The notes under the pieces are model-generated. The model was not told the origin of the DNA. It worked only from the letters and a program-made list of their open reading frames with translations, and ran no database searches. Position numbers and translations under genes: made by a program. Below, in pieces: positions 12,643 through 26,900 of a stretch of 64,000 nt of DNA. The stretch covers positions 8,186,001 through 8,250,000 of the forward strand of contig NC_087251.1 in the NCBI RefSeq assembly GCF_037042905.1, read 5' to 3'. Every line of letters begins with the position of its first letter. Positions within the stretch are counted from its first letter, which is position 1. The stretch is from Lytechinus pictus. Its lineage: Eukaryota.

Positions 12643-13777
12643 GTGCAAACATCGAGAGAGCGGAGGGCCAGGAGCTAGCTCGGAGGTACCGGTAGGCGAT
12701 ACTGACATAGCGCCATGATATGGTATGTCCCAAAATCGTCATTAAAAGCCAATGATTTGAATGAAATATTTATATCAGCTTTGGTTTTCATCAGAATAAT
12801 CTTACAGATCTAGTAGAGATCTAGATCTCGACATTTTTTTCACACAAAAATAAGTAGCATTGTCATTGATTTATACTGGTCCCACATATTGCATTTCAGT
12901 GCTGGAAAGTGGAAATGAGAATCAAATGAAGAGAGAAGCTAAATTTTGTCTATGTTCCGGTACTAAAGTCTAAAGTACTTACTTACTTTAGTTACTTACC
13001 TAGAATTTAGAAAAGTTATGGATACTTATGATGGAGTCTGGCATCTTCTGAACTCAATCTTAGGACTCGGTAATCTGTATTCAGCTCCAAATTCTTTCTC
13101 TTTATTGCCTTATTGGAATGATTTTAGATCTTTTGCCATCATGCATCCATTTTCGGCAGAACTAACGTCGTTAATGCGATCACTCAGTAAAAACATGACT
13201 GAGCAGATGACTTATTTTATGAGGGTGTATGTGTGTGCTTTTTTTTTTACTACAGTTACACCATGTTTTGCATTTTGCCAGGCAAGATTATGAAGATATG
13301 GATTTTCTTGCACAAATGCAAAGTTTGATTGCACACTTCTCATCCATGTTTCTTGAAAAATTAAAGGCCTATCAAGTTTCACAATGATCCCATTCACACT
13401 TTTCAGTTGTTTGCAGCCTGGTTGTTTGAATTTCAATATAGAATGTTAATGCTATTTATAGATTTACATGGATAATGGATTTAATTTTTTACCATTGCGT
13501 ATGGGCTATGATTCTAGAATTCTGTTCTTTCATAAAGTATCTGTGGCAATGGTACATATATTATCAAACATTAAAGCAGCCTTTTTCGAATGGTTATTGC
13601 CTTCTGTTAGGTGGATGATATTGATGATCTTATTTGAGTGCTGAATATGAAATAAAATTTACAGAACTACATGTATTTCACCTTCAATTGTTCATTATAG
13701 TGAAGTGTGAATTGAGCTGAGTATATTTGAAAACACAACTTGCAGATCCGTAGTGCAGATTCTCAGTGTCATCAATC

Positions 13778-15541
13778 ATGTTTCTTTCATTTTCTCTATG
13801 TAAGTATACGTTGTTTATTTATATTCATACATAATATATAAGATATTGTCATAATATATGGAATATTGTAATATATGGAGTTATGTTTGACATCCTCATT
13901 CCTCACATAAACTGTTAACAGAAATTACATGTGTGCTGGGGGGGGGGGGTAGTTATTTAGGTACATGTATGTTCCTATACTGATTACAGTAATATATTCA
14001 ATGATCAAAACCGTCTCTTCCCTCCACGTGTGCAAGTTTTGTTTATTTTGTATCATATGGAGATGGAAGATTGTATATTCAGATGATGTAATTGAGGTCA
14101 ATAGTATTACCTCACCTCATCTCATAACATGATGATGATGATGTACTTACCCTAGGGATATTATCAGCATTGAGAATTTGTGTAACTTCACAAGAATTTT
14201 CAAGTGATTATTGAATTTTTATGAAATTTGGATCATTGTGGAGTAGTTCCATTTTATGAAAATATATGAAATTTGATAAGTCCAAGCATTTAGGGTAAAT
14301 GAGAAAGGACATGGTTGATGCCTTTCTGATTGAAAGTTGTGCAAAATTTAGGCCTATTAAACTATTCAAACATGATTGTTTAATTTTTATGTTATTTCTC
14401 TCTTCTTTCTTTGTTACAGTTGCAAAAAGCAAGTAAGTATTGGCAAAATCAATCACTATTCATTCAAACATTGCATCTTGAGCACTGTGCAGAGTGAATT
14501 TGGTGCATTATAAATCATTTACATTCATGACTATTTCATTTTACATCTAATCTAGTTGAATTACCGGTATAGAAAGATTTGATGTTATATTTCTTAATAT
14601 AATTCAGAATACACGACAGCGAGTCAAATGACTGTAAATAATAAAATTCATTTTAGGCCCCTTCTACAGGGAGTTAAAAATGTCTTGAATGCATGATTGA
14701 ACTGAAGATGTACTTCATATTAGACTTGTGAGATTGTGTGATCAAAGCATATTTTTAAAGCTTAGGAGAGCAGGTAATTGTAAGTTATATTGCACAAATA
14801 TGAAGAAAAAAGTACCAGTATTATAGCACAAGTGAATCAACATTCATAATGATATATTTTTTGCCTGTCATTTTGAACCACAAAAATCTGTTTCCTTGGG
14901 AGAAATTAAAATTATAAGAGGTTTGTTTCTACTTTATAAGACATATTTTTGTATAATATGGTTCGACTTGGGCCAATATTTCATTTATTGAATGTGGACT
15001 TTATATGCAATAGTACCTATATTCTCTAATATTTGTCAAATTAAGTAGTGATATATACATGTATTTTACTTGCTAATTGAATATAAACTACCGGTAAATA
15101 AAATTGTGTTTAAGAATAATTGAAGACATGAAGTACAATGTGTAATACACTTCCCACTTTCTTTCCATTTCTAGACGGGTAATGGTGATGTTGAAGAGTG
15201 CAGCTGGAACAGGAACTTGTAAAGTGATGATCAGGAACAGATTAAAACCCAAAATGATGTTGGTCAAGTTTGATCCAAAAGGCAAGTTGATTAAGTCCTG
15301 GAGGTCATTAAGATGCTCAATATTCATTTTATGTATGTATTTTCATGATTTATTCACTTGTTTATATATACAAGATATTAAGAGAAAGTTTGCTGAGCTA
15401 GTGCCATGAGCTTCTTTTGGCAGTATATTATCTTGTATTATTTAGCAAATGAAGTAAAATTATTTCTGTAACTTTTTTATTCTGCCTGCAGTGAATCGAC
15501 ATGTATTATTCATAGAGGACAGAAAGATCAGGTCAATGTGA
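13778..15541 (+). CDS. MRPL33: Mitochondrial ribosomal protein bL33m, complete CDS; exons 13778-13799, 14420-14432, 15175-15281, 15492-15541
   Basis: The 192-nt spliced CDS gives MFLSFSLFAKSKRVMVMLKSAAGTGTCKVMIRNRLKPKMMLVKFDPKVNRHVLFIEDRKIRSM*, collinear with human MRPL33 (MFLSAVFFAKSK...AGTG...RNRL...DP.V...VLF.E..KIRS). Phases agree. Intron 3 uses a GC donor. Confidence 0.93.
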
Positions 15542-18500
15542 AAACTTTTGAAAGACTTCAACCATCAGCGGACTGTTGAATGTATCCAGAGGTATCAAGA
15601 ACCTGTGCTGATGCTATGAGAGACTTGAACTTAGAAAGACTGGGAAGAAGTTTATGTGATCCCAGCTTGTATGTCATTGGATTTAAATCATGGAGTTGTA
15701 CAGCATCACTGCACAACAGTCTACCTGTGACAAACAAGAGATTGTTTCATCTTTGATGAAATATTTGTGTGAAGACCATTGGACCTATTCTTTGTAAATA
15801 GGTCATTTTCATAAAGCAATTAAATCCAATGCATGTCTTTGTAGAGTGAATATGAATTCAATTTAATTGGCACAAATACCTATATTTTAGGCAGAGTCAA
15901 ATTTGAATTGTGGATTGGGTGAAAAATTTTGCCTGCCAAACTTCGGATTGCAAGGTAAATGTGGATGAATTCAAACGCATAATGGTAATGGTCTATTCTG
16001 TTTCAAATAAACACATGTTCATGAATTTGATATCAAACAAAAACCTTTTTCTTAATCCCCTTAAATTCAATTAATATCTGGATGATGTTACTCCTTTTAC
16101 GCAAATTATTTATCTTCCAGGTTAAATTTCCATTTAAGGCATGCACAGCGAGTCCCAGTAAAAATGTCCCTCGATAGATACCTTACTCAATAAAATTTTA
16201 GGATTTATAAAGCCTAGTTAATTTACTAACCCCTGTGAAAGTTACATTGATTTTGTATCATTAGTTTTTAATACATATTTGATGTAACAAAAGTTTGCAC
16301 TTCCTTGGAAGTCTTACAGTAAAACAATGGTTAGTGATTTGCATTCAGTTCTCTTGTATTTTCAAGCTTGGCCTAATTGAAATCAACAGTGGAGATTCGA
16401 GCTATTCATCATTAATGTCATAAAACAGAAGGGTGTTTTTTTTTTTAAGTGAATCGAGAAGAAATCTGAACAGGTACTGTGAGATTAGCAAGTTCAGAAC
16501 TTCTGGACTTGGGTTGAAAAGCAATGCCTTTACAACAGAGCCTGTTTATTTGAAATAAATTAAGTGAGACCTTCAAATATTTACTGAAAATACAAACTGT
16601 TTTTTTAATCTACATTCTGTTTATTTTTCCTTTTTTCTGTTTACAGGCACATTTTATTTTGGGACACAATGTACAATGTATGTTTCATTTCAGAGCATTT
16701 GGGGTCTGACAGGAAGAGAACTTTGGTTTAGTGAAATATGATTGACAAGTGTGGCTGATATAGCCTAGCAGTTGACATAGACTGAAGAAAAAAATATGTG
16801 CATGAAATTAATTCAAAGAATATCATGTTTTAGAGTCAAATTGGTCTCATTTGGTGCAAAGTAAAAAATATCTACATGTAGGTGTACATCTTGAAATAAA
16901 TAGCAACAAATAACTATTCTGTGTACTTTGAGATTAATTCATATCTCGGCCATTTATTGCTGTCATGATCCATGGTTTACAAAAAAAAATATTATCAAGA
17001 TTCCTACATGTACCATGTATTTAAATAAAACAAATATGGTAGCATTACAACATAACAGCTAATGTTTTGCTATCATTTCATAAACCAAAACTGTACAAGA
17101 AACAAACATCAGTGAATAGTACTGGCTGATCTTAAATATGTATGGAAGACTGAGGTTGTTAGTAGTGCTGCTCACATGTCATTATTTGTTTACATCCTTT
17201 CCTCTTTGAAGAGGTTTCTATTTCTTTAATGAAATTATGGAAAGAGTGAAAACAGGAAAGGCAATTACAATAATATCCTATTTACTCCTAGGGACTGTTT
17301 TCACTAAGGTTGTAAGCACTAAAAATTTGTCATCCTAATTCTTCTTATCCAATCAAAACCAAGGAAAATTCTTAGATCTGACAACTTGACAAATGTTGAT
17401 GAAAACCTTACAGGTTCTGAAAAAACAACACAGCATGTACAAATAAATGTAGTGACGATTACAGTCAAATTCAATGCATAAACAGAGCAGCTTTGGGTGA
17501 TTTCAAATAGTGTTAAATGCTGGTGTTGGGGCAAATCAAACACCAATCATAACACCTAACTTGAAGTGTCAACATACTTTGTTGGGTTTTTTCAATAAAA
17601 TTATTACTATAACTTGCTCTGCCAAGTAGCCAAGTTCAGTAGCTGGTTATACATTTATCTAAACAGCAACACCACTTTAAATCACCCATTGAAAGTTAGA
17701 AACATATCTTCACCAACTTCAACTATTCTATTCACATGCTCTATTACATGTTACATGACACCTAGATATACCCTTGCCATTTGATTGTTTGATATTGATC
17801 ATTCAGCCCATTTTTTAAAATGACGTAATTCAGGCACCACAAGCAAAAACACTCCCGTTTGCAGTGCGTGTGTTGTATGTACGCAACAATAAACAGACCA
17901 AGCTTGTACTGCATGAGTATATTTTGCATCAAAATTCATGAATTTAAAACGAAAAAGGATCTCTATTTTTAAGTGTCATATAAATCAAATAATGAATGTT
18001 ATTTTCATTTGTGCAATGGACAAAATACTTCATTCAGTGAAAGATAAAATGAATGATCCATTTAAAAGGCTATGCCTAATTGAATGGATCATTTCATCTT
18101 TCACTTTGTGAAGTATTCTGACTGTTGCACTCATAAACATTAATTATTAGTATACTGTCACCTCAACACTTAACATGAATATATGGATGGGTTATCTCAG
18201 TCAAATGGGCATTTCAAAACGGATGAATTTTCTAAACAGATGCAAGGTTCTTTATTCTAAGTACTCTAATTCTCCATTGATAATTTGGTTGTCAAAATGT
18301 AATTACACTTGTTTGTATTCTTGGGGAAATGTTTGTGTACCCTTTACAACTCACCTTTAGTATACTGTGACCTATTTGTATGAAATTTCAATAATCTGAT
18401 TTGACTGCAGTCATGCATGTGAATCTTATTTCATGAGGTGCTAGTGACAGGAATTTGCTTAATACTTTGGTTCCAGTTTGCATACTCTTACTTATCATAT

Positions 18501-20957
18501 TTCTATAGCCAACAAGCCTTGAGCAAGTCTAAGTTGTCTGAACAATTTACGTATCATGCATTACGTTTTATCTGCTATTTGTAATCCATCATTAAATGCA
18601 GGAGAAAGGTAAAAATTTATGCTGAGACAATATAAAATCTTACATTAAATTCATGATAGTACATAGTATATCACAAGACCAGACAACAACAGGAAACACA
18701 GAATGTAAAAGCAATCTGAAATTTGAAACCCTAACTTGTCATCCACAAATATACAAAACAACATACCAAGCAATAACTGGAAGACAATGGTTACTGTTAT
18801 TTCAAGTTCATTGTTGGTATTGGTGTTGAGAGTAACTGGGCTGACTTACCTAACTTTAAAAACATGATATTTGTTATATAATTTTAGAGGTTGGTCCTAG
18901 CACCAGCTCAATTAGAAAATCAGCCTAATCAACATCAAATCAACCAGTAACAAAATAACTTGAGCTGTGCTTCTGCAAAGAAATGCTTGACTAATGTGCA
19001 GAAAGGAATGCGACATGTTACTAATGGGGCATTGCAAAAAAAAAATAACATTCAATTCCAAATCAAGCCTATCACAAAATCAAGTGTAAGTCCTTTGATT
19101 AAATGCAAAATTGCAGTCAACTTGTGAGCAATTGCAACTCAAACTTTCATGTAATGCCGGCCCCATCAGGCTTGATGTAAGGAATTACAATTGATTTGCA
19201 ACTGAAAATACCTTTCCTTCCATGCCCCATATGTTAAAAAGTACTTCATATTTAAAGTACCATGGTACCAAAACTTGCTTCAACCAAACTGCAAAATGTA
19301 CATCTTCATCCTCTTCCAGTTAACTTTATCTGATGTTTTTAAAGTCTCACATGGGGATAATAATAACCAAGTGGTTAACTCCTTTGCACAACAAAACTCA
19401 TTGACATTTCTTGTAAGAGTTCAGGTATGGTGAAACATCACCACACTTATGCTCTTAAATATATATTGAACAGTTCAAGTCTATATAAAGATATTGCCCA
19501 TTATCTATATAGAGTATTTTAACGATACATTAAAAATGCACATCAAATGCCTATTCAATATGAGAGGATTGAGATTGAAACCCATAGGCTCCTGTACAAA
19601 TTTGCTGTTCAATATTTATTTTTGATAAAATCACTAGATGTCGTAAAATCATTTTGATAGATATCATAAATGTATTTATCCAGTCAAGTCTAGGTATACA
19701 TTTTGCACCAACTTAATCTGAAAATCTGATCATACTAGTGACTCTTGTTATTTTGCAAAACTAGAGCTGTCTCTTGCCTCTGCAAAATTGTATTTTATAA
19801 CTGACAACTCGTCGACTTCAAACACAAAATGTTCTTGAGCTATGTTGTTAAGCTCTGCTATGTCCTGTCTAGACAAGCCTTAAATGTCATAAAGAACAAC
19901 AAGTGTTTTTTTTCTTGCACAGATTTAATTTTGAACAGGTAACTTTAAGACCAATATTCTGGGATATACATCAGTGTACAAGTTTCCCCTGTTGCATTTC
20001 ATAAACAAAATAAAACACACATACATTAAATTGTTTCTTTCTTTCTTTGAAATAGAAACACTTCACTATTTAGTAATACATGTATGTTAAACAGAGGGTT
20101 CCATAAAATGTCCTTGTATTCCTTCAAGCAATCTGCAGGATTCACTTGTCATTGTACAAATTTTGTACATGATTTTCTCCTAGAATGGTAGATCATGTTG
20201 TGCATGTACACTGATTGAAATCCATTCAATGGAAACACTACTCCTGAAGTCTTAGAAAACTTTGGTGAATTGGTAAACTGTGATGTTGGAAACTCACCAA
20301 CTTGCTAATACAAACTAAACACACGAGACATAGGTCATTACTACTTTCAGTCAATTCCTACACACAAAAATACATTCCTACAATCAACATTACATGTGTG
20401 TTTCTTCATGATTGATTTTTTTTTATCAAAGCAATCCATACTTCATAACACATGTACACTCATAATTCCATATTTTCCTAAAATACAATGCTAGAACTGC
20501 AATTCATTTCAGATCAATCACAAGAAATGGGTTTACACAGAAATAAAAACAGAGCCTTTAGAAGGTTCCCATCTCGTTTTTTGACTAAAAGTGAAAATAC
20601 AACATTCATCCTATGTGTTTTTATAGTACTGATCCCATTTAGGTTCAACCAATCAAAAACATAATCTTTCTATCAGTACATTATTAATAAAAAGTGGATG
20701 CACATCAAGCCTTTGGCTTATCAACCTGAGATTTTGCAAATTCTATCATCTATTTTTAGAGATTCAAATAAAAACTATACATGCCAGGGATTGCACTAAA
20801 AATAAAACAAAACAGTTGTCACATGGTTATGATTGATAACACTTCTCAAAATGAAATTCTGACTGGGGAAAGACATAAAAAAGTACATTTTAAATAAAAG
20901 AGATATGCATATATTGTACTTCATAATCATGAAGTGTTTAAGCAATACAATACACCA

Positions 20958-23900
20958 TTACATATCTAGCTTTAGTAGGTAAGGTGCATGGTAGGAACCC
21001 AGATAGAGAGCTTTTCCTGTATCAAGAACCTCACTGACTGAAGGTACAATCTTTCCTGTAGGATCATGAAGACTCTGGACGATCTCACCTTCCTGGTTCA
21101 GTTCTATGATCAGACCATACTGAGGCATCAGATTCACTATTTGAGTAGGATCAATGAGCTGTAAAGAAAAAAAAGTTGTACAATGTTTATTAAAGCCAAT
21201 CTCTAGCTTGCTTAATCTAAGCACATTTCAATAGCTTGGCTTTCATTATCAGATAAAATCAAAGATTATGCATGTGTACTAAAACTTCGTAAGCATGGAA
21301 TGGGAAGAAAAATTCAGGATTCAATCTTGTATTGGTAAAGCTTTCTGGTATAAATGAACTAAATTTATTAGATAAGGATTTGAAGGGCTTATATAAAATA
21401 ATAATACACAAAAAGAAAGGATGTTAAATTATTTCATTAGTAAGGGAACCAATATAACCATGGATATCACTATAAAATCACCTACTTTTGCTATAAGACG
21501 CCTAATCCAAGGATACGGGGCAAGTAGGTCTGCCGTTAGAAGCCCTCTTCTGCTGCTAGCAAATGCCAGACCCACCCAGTAGCCTCCATTACGACTAGGT
21601 CTGATATTATCAGGCATCCCTGGAAGATTATCAATGAAGACTTCTGTTGATCCTGTCATAGGTCCAGTCAAGTGATATCTACATCATCAAAGATAATAGA
21701 AAATGTCAGTGTAAGATTTAATACTCCCAGTACAACCAAATTGTCGCATTAGCTGATGACATGGCAGCTACCACAACTCTTTCAAGGAATCAATTTCTGT
21801 GTCTGGTACCCATTTACCCTACCTGGGTAAGGTAAATCGATGTCCTGATGAAATTAATTCATATAGCAATGGTGTCTGAACCCTATATACCTGGTGATTT
21901 GTAGTCCAAAGACTTGTTCACTAGACCACAATGCCTCTACATGAAGGAATCTGATGTTGCTCACAATTATTCTCAAAATACTTATCTGAAAAACACCCTC
22001 ATTTATGACATGATAAGTTTGATAAAACACCCTTTACAATGTAGCTCCACAAGTAATACCATACTTACTTTAATATTCTGTATCTTGATGTTTCTGCAAT
22101 GAGGAGAAAGTCTTTCTTGGGTGATAGTTGAAGTCCATTGGGGAAGTGTAATTTATCCAGTGATAGGTCACTCATACGATTCACCGGATTGAACCATAGC
22201 AGCCTAGTGGACCAAAACAAACATTTGATAGGTTAGTCACAAATATATTGAAACATGAAAATATATAACAAAATTTTACTTGCCTATGAATCATGCTGTC
22301 CAATTCGTTGAAAATTTAATCATGTGGCAATTTGTTTGATGTCTCAAATTACTTGTTCTCTATAGCCACAGATTTGCTTCAGAAAGATGGCTATATCACC
22401 TTTGAAAGATTAGTTTGTCCAAATACCTAACTAACAGTAATTATTCAGTTATTAGATATTAAACAAATATATCAGGCTTTGAGAAAGTATAGTGGAATTA
22501 TTTGTCCGAGGTTGGTCTGGCAATTACTATTTTTCCCCGAGGGGCGAAGCCCCGAAGGAAATATAGTAGTTTTGCCAGTCCAAACGAGGATGAATAATTC
22601 CCACTATGCTTTCGAATGAAACTCCTGATATATTTGTTTTATATCCTACTTTTAATAATTTATAACCAAAATCTATGCGCTGAGCAAAAATGCAAAGTCA
22701 TGTTACTTGCGTTGAATTACCTACTTTTCTCCGAGCCACCGTGCTCAGCGGAATGCAGATTAGCGTCTGCGCTGACGCATCGCGCTGGACTTGCCCGGGA
22801 GAGAGAGCGCGCAAGCCGGTGCGCCGAGATATCCAGTTTTGTGAAATAATGACGTCAGACCTCGATATATCCAAAAATATATTGAGGTCTGAAGTCATGC
22901 AACATCATAGTTGAAATATATTTGGTCACATGATGCTATTTGAACCAATCACTATACAGGATTCAATCTATGTAGGATATAAACATGTATATATCTTGTA
23001 TATACATGTATATACCTTTTTATCTTGAATATTGTGGTTATTATTTCAAATGTTGAATTATTATTCATACATTGTACGCGCTATGGTACTTTTTATTTTT
23101 AGCGCCTCTAAGTATCCATTATTATTATCATATACACATCATAATGACAATTCGGGTGGGTGACTCATAAAGCTGTTCATAAGATACGAATGACTTTACG
23201 CACGACTGGTGATCCTTTCTTGGGCTATGTGATATAGCCCTATGTAATTGATTTATGACTTAAGAACATGAAACACCCACCTGAATGGGTTTCAAAAATA
23301 CATCATCATTAATGGTGACCTTCTAACTCACCTACCACAACCTTTACTTTCCAATGCAAGTATCCCATAGTCCTTACGATACTTGCGATAACTAGAATCA
23401 GTGAAGAGGAAATCTCCATTATCCAGCTTTACAAAATCATTTGCAAACCTCATCTGATGTCCTTTGTAACTTCTCTGAGTTGAAACCAATTCAACAGGAA
23501 GGGATTCTGCATAAAAGTTAAAAAAGACAATAGTATGATATAGTCAATGGAAAATCCAGGGGTTACTTCCCTGCGCAAAACAAACAAGGCTACGCTGGAG
23601 TTTTTAAAATGGGAGTTTTTCAATGTATACTTTAATCTGTTGTACCAAAGACACTACAAGGGGAAGACCGAACACTTTGGCAAATTTTTTAAAAGCTCAA
23701 TTTCGCTCAAGGGGAAGGGAGCCTGACAGCGTTGAGTAAGTAAACTGATGCAAATCGGCAAAGGTTTGTGTACAAGACATATGGGGTGGCTAAGGGTCAG
23801 TTTTTATTATTACTGTTACAGAGTGAATGAAAGCATACATTTGGGTATAGAGCTTATATGGACCAACTTTTGATTTCAGATGGGGATCCAACCAAACCAG

Positions 23901-26900
23901 GTTCATCTTCACTAGTTGCCATGGCAACAGATTAATTTTCAAAAATAATTTCTATTCTCCTGTACATAGTAAATAAACATGATATTAATGACTAAATTAA
24001 TCAATTTCAAGCTTTCATTTTAATAGAAATAAAATTTTCCAATATTTAAGGTTATCAAAATAGTTGCAATCGGTCCATTGCCATGGTAACAGCTTATTTT
24101 CCACCCAGAAAAAAAAATTTTTTTTTTTTTTTTTTTCTTTCATTTTTTCAAAATGTAGAATATGATTTTTCTTTCATCTCTCCTCTACTTTAGGGTGTTT
24201 AACACAAAAGTACTTGTTGCTAAATGCATAAATACCATATTATACTGTTGCTATGGCAACAAAATAACACCTACTGGGCAAAACAAAAATATGGTGGAAA
24301 ATACAACAAAAATGAAACATCTACAGGTTTGGCCCACTCATTTAATTTTGAAAACGAATTACAGTAAGAGTATTGTTCATTAGACTGTCACACTGATCAT
24401 GCCTTGGTAACACAAGAATTTAATAATAAAATGTTGCAAACATCCAGTTGCCATGATAACAGCTAATTATCCCAAAGAAAAGTACAAATTTTGATAAAAA
24501 CATGTAGAATCATATTTTTCTTTCATTTCCCCTATATTTTTAGGTGTAAAAGATAGTTATGCTTGTTGCTAAATGTATAAATACCAAGGCTTAGGCTTTG
24601 CTATGACAACCAGATAACATGGTAAACAAGATAATGGTGGAAAAAACCATAACAAATTACCTAAAATACATACATATGCGTAAGGTTTGACCCAGTCATT
24701 TCATTTTGAAAACAAATTACAGTAAGTGTTATGCATGATTTCATTATAATTATAAATATTAATGTTGCATTGGTAATGCTAGAATTCAATGATTAATAAT
24801 GATGTTGCAAATAACCCATTGTCATGGTAAAGGCTTATTTTTACCAGAAAAGTGCAAATTTGTATTGCCATGGCAACCAAATAAGACTCGTTTTGTATGT
24901 GTTTAGGTAGTGGAGGATCTAGGATTGACCAAGGGGGGGGGGGGTGATGCACACAAAGCAACCAACCTTTTATTAAATATGTGTCAAGCCAAAACAAATT
25001 AAAACACTTTTTAACACTGCCCCCTTTCTTACATCGATTCACCCAGTAATGACTTATAAAAATACACATATTGCTAAAATGTTTTTTTTATATGAAAGAG
25101 CCCCACCCCGCCCCCTTTGGAGAAAAATATCACATTTTTATCCAGGCGCCCCCTCCCCATGGATCTGCTATGTGTAGAGATGTGAGTAGACATGTGAGAC
25201 TACTAAATAACTAGAAATATGCGCTAAATGGGGGGGGGGGGCAAAACAATAAAGTGAAATTTGTTAGGGACCGCCCCACTCTCAGCTGCTATGATCGATA
25301 CATGCACTATTTTCTCCTCTCAACTATCGGCTGTGTATTTTTTTGTATAGGAGCAATATAAAAGACTACCCATGGGGGAGGCAAAGGCAGGTCCCTGGGA
25401 ACAGTTTTTTTTTACTGGGGTGCTGATGTAAATTTGAAAAAAAAAAAAAAAAGGGGGGATAAGTACAAAATGGAGATCAAATCGGTCCTGAGAAATTTGG
25501 AAAAGCAAAAAAAAAAAAAGGGTTTCCTTCAAAAATGGAAATCAAATTGGTCCCAAGAAATTTGAAAAGCAAAAGAAAAAGAAAAGGGGGAGGGGGGGGT
25601 TTAACTATAAAATGGAGGTCATTTTGGTTACTTTTTTTTTTCACATCTGCTGCCTATGGAGAATAGTACAGCACCCCCTAATGCCATGGGCAAAGGGTTG
25701 AGGAGGCGATGCCAGATCGTTGGCTTTAAACGGGAAGTTCACCCTGACAAAAAGGTTATTGTAAACATAGCAGAAAAAATATTGCATAAGGTTTGAGAAA
25801 AATCCATCAAAGAATGAAAAATTATTAGAATTTTAATTGTGAATTTTCTACATATCGTATGGTAAAAAATCAATGAAATGTCATTTTCTCAGATACTTAA
25901 AATGGCTTTTACTGAACCTTCAATATATCAATAGACAAATTATTTCACACCCATTCCTAAACAGAAAACCAAAATAAGTCATTAGCAACCATTAAAATAT
26001 CAAAATTTATGCATTTTATATTACATAACATATGGGGCAGCTGCTCGTTTATGACGTCACAAATTCAAAACTTGAAATTCTAATAACTTTCTTAATCTTT
26101 AACAGATTTTTCTCAAAACCGTCACCAATATTTTCTCTGCTATTTTTACCACAAAGTTTTCTTCAGAGTGAACTTCCCCTGTAATGTATTGTGCCACCAT
26201 TAAAATTGATTAAATTTTGAAAATCTGGCAACCCCACTTCTAAAATCTGAAGAAAAAAAAAATCAAATTCAAAACTGAATATATCTTTAACATTTCTAGG
26301 AAATAAGAGGTGAAATTTATCCCCCTGTGCTGCCCCTTTACCCTCTTTTGTATGCCTTGTACACAGGGTTTGGCCGACTACTCAACGCTGTAGGGCGCCC
26401 TTCCCCATGTGCGAAATTCAGCATTTCATTACATGCTCTATTGAGTGTGCGATCTTCCCTTGTAGTGTTTTTGGTTATACTTATACTAGATATATCAGAC
26501 CTCCTAATATTTACATGTACTTCCTCAAATCATCTCTTGTATTTTCTTTGCAAATCACAATACCTCTTTATCAGTCAAATTGTAGAGCTCAGAAGATGAT
26601 GCAACTGGAACTCCTCATTAATATTGGAATTAATAAATAACTCCAATTAATAATTCTGAAATACTTAAAAGTACATCAAATCTTTAAGTCAAACTCACAT
26701 GACTTAAAACGATACAAAGGTTGAGGGTATCAGAAGACTCTTCCCTTTACTTTCATGTATTTTATTTTTCATCTTTTCTTAAGAGTTCAACAATGTTCAA
26801 CTTTTTCGCAAGTCTCCGTATATGTATGTCTATCTGACTGTCTATTTATCTTTCAATCTTATATCAACTCATTTGTTTAAATAATTATGTCTGTTTATAA

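Noticed and set aside
12716..12722. ATG at 12716 as the MRPL33 start
   Set aside because: It gives no homologous N-terminus, whereas ATG 13778 gives MFLS.. with the correct phase.
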